Shown piece after piece: positions 59,100-64,000 of a DNA stretch of 64,000 bases. This DNA comes from Vulcanimicrobiales bacterium (GTDB taxonomy: Bacteria > Vulcanimicrobiota > Vulcanimicrobiia > Vulcanimicrobiales > Vulcanimicrobiaceae), in the NCBI GenBank assembly GCA_038231455.1, contig JBBRLI010000008.1:64001-128000 (forward strand). The letters are read 5' to 3'. The notes under the pieces were generated by a model that saw only the letters and a list, made by a program, of their open reading frames with translations, had not been told where the DNA came from and did not search any database. A program made the translations under genes and the position numbers. Positions within the stretch are counted from its first letter, which is position 1; each line of letters opens with the position of its first letter.

Positions 59100-60248
59100 A
59101 TGGTTCGCATCGCCCGCGCGGCTCTTGCCGCCGCCGCCCTCATCGCGCTCGTCGCCCCACCGGTCACGGCAGCTCCGGCGGCACCCTCCGGAACGCCGAT
59201 CGTAATCGGAGCCGTGCTCTCGATTACCGGCAACTACGCGCCGCTCGGCGAGCCCGAGCGCAATGCACTCAAAATCGCCGAAGCCGAGATCAACGCCAGC
59301 GGCGGCGTTGCGGGTCATCCGCTTTCCATCAAGATCCTCGATGATGAAGGCAAGCCCGATACGGCGCAGCAGCTCACAACGCAACTCGTCGGCGAACATG
59401 TGGCGGCGATCATCGGTGGCACGCTCACGCCGACGACCCTTGCCATGACGCGCGTGACGAATGATGCAAAGATCGTCGAGATCTACATGAACCCGACAGA
59501 TTCGCTCTGGAATACGAAGAACGGCGTGATGAAGTATCTCTTCGAGTCAACGCCGCGCAACGAACTCGAAGCAACGAAGCTCATGGGCTATCTTAAGAAC
59601 AAACTCAAGCGAACGAAAATTGCGATCATGCACGATGAGGCACCGTACGGGACGACCGGCGCGCCGATCGTGGCCGCGGTTGCAAAATCACTCGGCCTTG
59701 AGGTAGTCGACGATGAATCGTACCCGGTCGCTGCGACCGACATGACGGCCCAACTGCAGAAGGCGATGAAGGCGGGCGCCGATGCGCTCGTGATCTGGAC
59801 GGCCGGGCCGGCGGCACCGATTCTCGTACGCCAGGCAAAACAATTCGGTTTCAAAGGCACGATAATGGGCTCGACCGGGATCGCATCGGATAACTTCCTC
59901 AAAGTTTCCGGCCGCGACGGTTACGACGTGTACGCCGATCTCGATCTGAACTACACGCATCCCGACGCCGGTCAGCGCAAATTCCTCGACCTCTATCGCA
60001 AAGCATATAACGCGCGCCCCTCCAACTTTGCTTCGTTTGCGTGGGACGCCGCGCACCTCTTGGCGTTTGCCATCGGAAAAACCAAAGGCGACGTCAGCGG
60101 CGATTCGCTCAGCGCTGCGCTCACGACGATGCATCCGTACCGGGGCACGACGGGGGAATTCAAGTTCACCGCGACCGACCACAACGGTTTGAAAATCGAG
60201 GCCGTCAAAATGTGTATCGAGCACGGTGCCTGGGTCATTATTGAATAA
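59100..60248 (+). CDS. Branched-chain amino acid ABC substrate-binding protein
   Basis: Signal peptide; 'S.TG.YA.LG', 'IN..GGV.G', 'DD...P'. Confidence 0.88.
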   Translation: MVRIARAALAAAALIALVAPPVTAAPAAPSGTPIVIGAVLSITGNYAPLGEPERNALKIAEAEINASGGVAGHPLSIKILDDEGKPDTAQQLTTQLVGEHVAAIIGGTLTPTTLAMTRVTNDAKIVEIYMNPTDSLWNTKNGVMKYLFESTPRNELEATKLMGYLKNKLKRTKIAIMHDEAPYGTTGAPIVAAVAKSLGLEVVDDESYPVAATDMTAQLQKAMKAGADALVIWTAGPAAPILVRQAKQFGFKGTIMGSTGIASDNFLKVSGRDGYDVYADLDLNYTHPDAGQRKFLDLYRKAYNARPSNFASFAWDAAHLLAFAIGKTKGDVSGDSLSAALTTMHPYRGTTGEFKFTATDHNGLKIEAVKMCIEHGAWVIIE

Positions 60249-61329
60249 GGACGCGGTGCGCGTTCACGAAGCCGACGAGCGCGCATATATCGAACGCGCG
60301 CTCACACACATCGGCGTGAGCGCTCAGCAGGCACGCGAGGTCGCAGACGTGCTCGTTGCCGCCGATATTCGCGGCATCGAATCGCACGGAATCGCACGGC
60401 TACGGTGGTTCTATGTGGATCGGATTCGACTTGGTACGATCAATGCGAATCCGAACTACATCGTCCTCAAGGATACGCCGACGTCGTATCTGCTCGATGC
60501 CGATAACGGTCTCGGGCACCCGGCTTCGATTCAAGCGATGCGCGCGGCGATCGAGAAAGCGCGCGATAGCGGGATCGCGTTCTCGGCCGTACGCAATTCC
60601 AATCACTACGGCATCGCCGCATACTATGCCATGATGGCGCTACCCGAGGATATGATCGGGATTTCGTCGACCGATTCCGCGCATTTCGCGGTGCCGACGT
60701 ACGGGCGCGAGAAGATGCAGGGCACGAACCCATTCGCATTCGCAATCCCAGCGGGCGAAGAGCCCGCGTTCGTCCTCGATTTTGCAACGACAACCGTAAC
60801 GTACGGAAAACTCGAAGTGTACGAACGTAAAGGCCTCAAACTCAAACCCGGTTGGGCAGTCGATCGCGACGGCAAAAGCACGGACGATCCGACGGAAGCG
60901 CGTTTCCACGGCGCGCTAACGCCACTCGGCGGGATCGGCACCGAGAACGGCGGTCACAAAGGCTACGGCCTAGGTGCACTCAGCGAAATCCTCACCGGCG
61001 TACTCGCCGGCGGCCTCTTTGGAATAGACTTGAGTATCCCCGAGGGGCCGAAGTCGCGCGGCGGGATCACCTCGCACTGGTTCGGCGCGCTGCGCATCGA
61101 CCGGATGCGCGACATCGCCGAATTCAAAGCCGACCTCGACCGCGAACTACGCCAATTCAAAGACAGCGTGAAGGCACCCGGCCAGGACCGCATCTACGTC
61201 GCAGGTGAAATCGAACACGAGACCACGATCGCTTACAAGCGCGACGGAATTCCACTCGTCGAAAAAATCTGGGAAGACCTCGATGCGATGGCGGGCGAAA
61301 TCGGTATTTCGAAACTCGCGCGGTTCTAG
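60226..61329 (+). CDS. Ldh_2 family (malate/L-lactate/ureidoglycolate-type) dehydrogenase
   Basis: D.RG..SHG, RNSNHYG, GTNP.A.A.P, D.AT, GHKGYGL. Confidence 0.88.
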   Translation: MPGSLLNKDAVRVHEADERAYIERALTHIGVSAQQAREVADVLVAADIRGIESHGIARLRWFYVDRIRLGTINANPNYIVLKDTPTSYLLDADNGLGHPASIQAMRAAIEKARDSGIAFSAVRNSNHYGIAAYYAMMALPEDMIGISSTDSAHFAVPTYGREKMQGTNPFAFAIPAGEEPAFVLDFATTTVTYGKLEVYERKGLKLKPGWAVDRDGKSTDDPTEARFHGALTPLGGIGTENGGHKGYGLGALSEILTGVLAGGLFGIDLSIPEGPKSRGGITSHWFGALRIDRMRDIAEFKADLDRELRQFKDSVKAPGQDRIYVAGEIEHETTIAYKRDGIPLVEKIWEDLDAMAGEIGISKLARF

Positions 61330-61447
61330 TATCGGGGAGGCGCCGGCGTATCGTCTCGACGTAGCTTCATGAGATTCTGGTGAAGGAAGCGCGTTTTGCG
61401 GTCCTGGCGGCGAACAATCGCAGCACCGGGTACGTTGGAGGATCGAC

Positions 61448-62131
61448 ATGAACAAATCACTCGCGCTCTTTTGCGGCCTTGTTTTGCTTAGCGGATCCCT
61501 AGCGGGCGCCGCGCGTGCAGACGAAATGCCCGGGATGACGATGGCATCCGGGCCGATGTCGCATATGTCGATGACGACGCTTCGAGCCTCGAACGCGGCC
61601 GACCGCGAGCGGGCCGCGGCGATCGTCGTTTCGGCGAAAGCCGTCATGGCGCAGTATACCGATGTCGCTAGCGCCACGCGCGATGGCTATAAGAAGTTTC
61701 TCCCGACGATCGAGCTGCCAATGGAGCATTTCACGAACGACGCGTATGCCGTGGAGGCGTACGGCGGACATTTGAATCCGGCCCATCCAACCTCGCTCAT
61801 CTACGAGCGGAAAGGCGCCCAGCTCCGCTTAGTCGGCGTGATGTATACCGCCGCGCGGACGGCAAGCGACGATCAACTCAATGCGATGGTCCCCTTGAGC
61901 GTAGCGCAGTGGCACAAACACGTGAATTACTGCTTCCCGCCCGCCGGTACCAAAGGCGATGCGCGATTTGGTCTTGGCGGGACGATCGCCTCGAAAGACG
62001 CCTGCGACGCCGTCGGTGGCCGTTGGATGCCGCAACTCTTCGGCTGGATGGTCCACGTCTGGCCGCTTGAATCCGATCCCAAAACACAGTGGGCCGTCGA
62101 CCATCCCGGCGACAGCCATCATTCGATGTAG
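61448..62131 (+). CDS. Secreted hypothetical protein (His/Met-rich)
   Basis: GGAGG RBS; signal peptide; 'P..L.Y...LVGVMY', 'WH.H..C', 'WMVHVW'. Confidence 0.7.
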   Translation: MNKSLALFCGLVLLSGSLAGAARADEMPGMTMASGPMSHMSMTTLRASNAADRERAAAIVVSAKAVMAQYTDVASATRDGYKKFLPTIELPMEHFTNDAYAVEAYGGHLNPAHPTSLIYERKGAQLRLVGVMYTAARTASDDQLNAMVPLSVAQWHKHVNYCFPPAGTKGDARFGLGGTIASKDACDAVGGRWMPQLFGWMVHVWPLESDPKTQWAVDHPGDSHHSM

Positions 62132-62137
62132 TCCCGC

Positions 62138-62593
62138 TTAGAGTTTGAGCACCATCTCGGTGCTCGGTCGAAAACCGAGCGCTGTGTAAAGTGGCCTCGC
62201 CTCATCGGTCGGCGAGAGCACGATCCGGTACGGAGCGCGTGCGCGCAAGTCGTCGATGAGTGCGTTGACCATTGCTTTGCCCACACCGCGTCTTCGATGA
62301 GGGGGGTCGACAAAGACGTTGTGTACGCGTGCTTCGGAGGTGTTGTGGTATCCCTCGCGCGGCAAGTACGGGCGCAGATACCCAACCGCGACAGCGATGG
62401 GATTCGCGCTCGATTCGGCGACCCACGCGATCACCTCGCCGGTCTGCATTCCCGCGAGAAAGAACGCTAGCCAACGGGCTTGAATCTCGACGTCCGATTC
62501 TTCGCCGTGGACTTCGCGTTGCAGACGAACGCGAAAGTTGACCAGCGTCGCGCAGTCCTCGGGCGACGCACGCCGAAGCGCGCCGATGTTCAC
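62138..62593 (-). CDS. GNAT-family acetyltransferase
   Basis: NVFVDP.HRRRGVG, LY..LGF. Confidence 0.85.
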   Translation of the reverse strand: MNIGALRRASPEDCATLVNFRVRLQREVHGEESDVEIQARWLAFFLAGMQTGEVIAWVAESSANPIAVAVGYLRPYLPREGYHNTSEARVHNVFVDPPHRRRGVGKAMVNALIDDLRARAPYRIVLSPTDEARPLYTALGFRPSTEMVLKL

Positions 62594-63390
62594 GCGCCGG
62601 TGAACATCGGCGGACGCTTGTTGCGGAATGCGTCGAGGCCTTCGGCAAAGTCACTGGTCGCCGCGGCGATCCCTTGCATCTCCGCTTCGAATGCAAGAGC
62701 GTCGGCGAGTTCGCCGATCCCGTTGTGCACGAGTTCCCGTTTGATGTAGCCGAGGGATTTCGGTCCGTGTGCGAGGGCATCGGCGAGCGCGCGCGCTTCG
62801 GTCATCAGGTTTTCAGGCGCGACAAGTTTGGTTGCGAGGCCGAGCAGGTCGGCTTTTTTCGCGTCGATTTTTTCTGAGAGCATCGTGAATTCCATCGCGC
62901 GACCGTAGCCGACGAAGCGCGGTAAGAGATAGGACGTGCCGCTATCGGGGACGAGGCCGATCTTCGCAAAGGCGGTCGTGAACGACGCTGCCTCGCTGAC
63001 AATGCGAAAATCGCACGCAAGCGCGATGCCGAATCCCGCGCCCGCCGCTACGCCGTTAACCGCAGCAACAACGGGCTTTTCGATGGTGAGAATTTCTAGG
63101 AGCAGCGGGTTAAAGCGGTCCGTCACGGAGCTTGCAAGTGCGCCGTCATTGCGTTCACCGAGCGTTCGTTCGTCATCGAGCGCTTGGCCCGCACAGAACC
63201 CTTTGCCGTTACCCGTCACGATGATCGAGCGCACGGTGTCGTTCGACTTTAACTGCTTGAACGTTGCGATGAGCGATTCGAGCAGATCGGCGGTCAGCGC
63301 GTTGTACGATGCCGGCCGGTCGAACGTGATCGTGGCGATAGCGCCGTCGATTGAGAGCGTGTGCTGAATGGTGGTCATTGATTTCTCCAA
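62590..63390 (-). CDS. Enoyl-CoA hydratase/isomerase (PaaG-like)
   Basis: GFCAGQ.L, AVNGVAAGAG, AF.KIGLVPDSG. Confidence 0.85.
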   Translation of the reverse strand: MEKSMTTIQHTLSIDGAIATITFDRPASYNALTADLLESLIATFKQLKSNDTVRSIIVTGNGKGFCAGQALDDERTLGERNDGALASSVTDRFNPLLLEILTIEKPVVAAVNGVAAGAGFGIALACDFRIVSEAASFTTAFAKIGLVPDSGTSYLLPRFVGYGRAMEFTMLSEKIDAKKADLLGLATKLVAPENLMTEARALADALAHGPKSLGYIKRELVHNGIGELADALAFEAEMQGIAAATSDFAEGLDAFRNKRPPMFTGA

Positions 63391-64000
63391 GTCGGCGAAC
63401 GGCGTTCGACAAATGCGGCGATCCCTTCGCGCGCGTCGTCAGTGGTGAGTAAGGCGAGGAAGTCGGCGCGTTCGGCCTGCAGGTTTTCGCCGAGCGAGGC
63501 TTCATAGGCACGGTCGAGCGCGTGTTTTGCAGTACGGATCGCGATCGGCGCTTTGGCGGCGATTTCGGCAGCCAGATCGAGAGCGGTCGAAAGCGTTTGG
63601 TCGGATGGAACGGATCGATTCGCGAGACCTCGCTCGCACGCTTCCCGGCCGCTGAGTTCGCGACCGACGAGGACCATCTCCATTGCGATGGTCTTGCCAA
63701 CCGCGCGGATGAGACGCTGGGTGCCTCCCGCGCCCGGCATGACGCCAAGATTGATCTCGGGCTGACCGAGCCGCGCGTCATCGGCGACGATGAAGAGATC
63801 GCAGCTCATGGCTAGCTCGAGGCCGCCTCCAAGTGCCAGACCGCGCACGGCGGCGATTCGCGGGAGCGGCGATGCCCAGAGGCGATCCCACTGCGTGAGA
63901 TCGGGTCCTTCGGTTTGAAATTCGACGATGTCGGCGCCGGCGGCAAAGGCACGTTCGTCGCCCGTAATCACCACCGCACGGGCCGTGCCGTCGGCGGCAA
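63375..64000 (-). CDS. Enoyl-CoA hydratase (PaaF-like), 5' end outside window
   Basis: AFAAGADI, ALGGGLELA, GQPEINLG.MPGAGGTQRL. Confidence 0.85.
   Translation of the reverse strand, partial: AADGTARAVVITGDERAFAAGADIVEFQTEGPDLTQWDRLWASPLPRIAAVRGLALGGGLELAMSCDLFIVADDARLGQPEINLGVMPGAGGTQRLIRAVGKTIAMEMVLVGRELSGREACERGLANRSVPSDQTLSTALDLAAEIAAKAPIAIRTAKHALDRAYEASLGENLQAERADFLALLTTDDAREGIAAFVERRSPTWRNQ

Overview
High-GC bacterial DNA carrying a dispersed set of anoxygenic photosynthesis genes mixed with housekeeping genes. The type-II reaction-centre operon is pufB-pufA-pufL-pufM-pufC followed by a CRP/FNR-family regulator (3.6-7.6 kb). Bacteriochlorophyll a genes lie at bchF-C-X-Y-Z (7.7-13.0 kb), bchN-B-G-P (19.5-24.7 kb), a lone bchL (41 kb), bchH (46.6-50.6 kb) and a Mg-chelatase I/D-type gene (52.4-54.3 kb). 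hemL, a photoactive-yellow-protein homologue, an Fe-S photolyase/cryptochrome and a soluble CuA cupredoxin are nearby. The antenna polypeptides resemble Chloroflexota B808-866/B880 types, while pufL and pufM are unfused and divergent. No puhA, ppsR, crt, bchM, bchE or acsF is visible in the window. This fits a non-proteobacterial phototroph such as Eremiobacterota (WPS-2), which is an inference only; phototrophy is already known in that lineage. The strongest signal not explained by the gene list is a regulon. The palindrome GGTGA-N6-TCACC lies upstream of bchF, bchN, bchL and bchH, each time centred 29.5-30.5 bp from a -10-like hexamer (class II CRP/FNR activator geometry). A variant palindrome sits at the same spacing before pufB. 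The CRP-family gene at the end of the puf operon is the obvious candidate regulator. Also noted: unusual reaction-centre residues (Asp at the His-M182 position), small unannotated membrane proteins near bch genes, and a papain-like protease with a 49-Asp tract. I recognised no rRNA, tRNA, CRISPR array or transposase.
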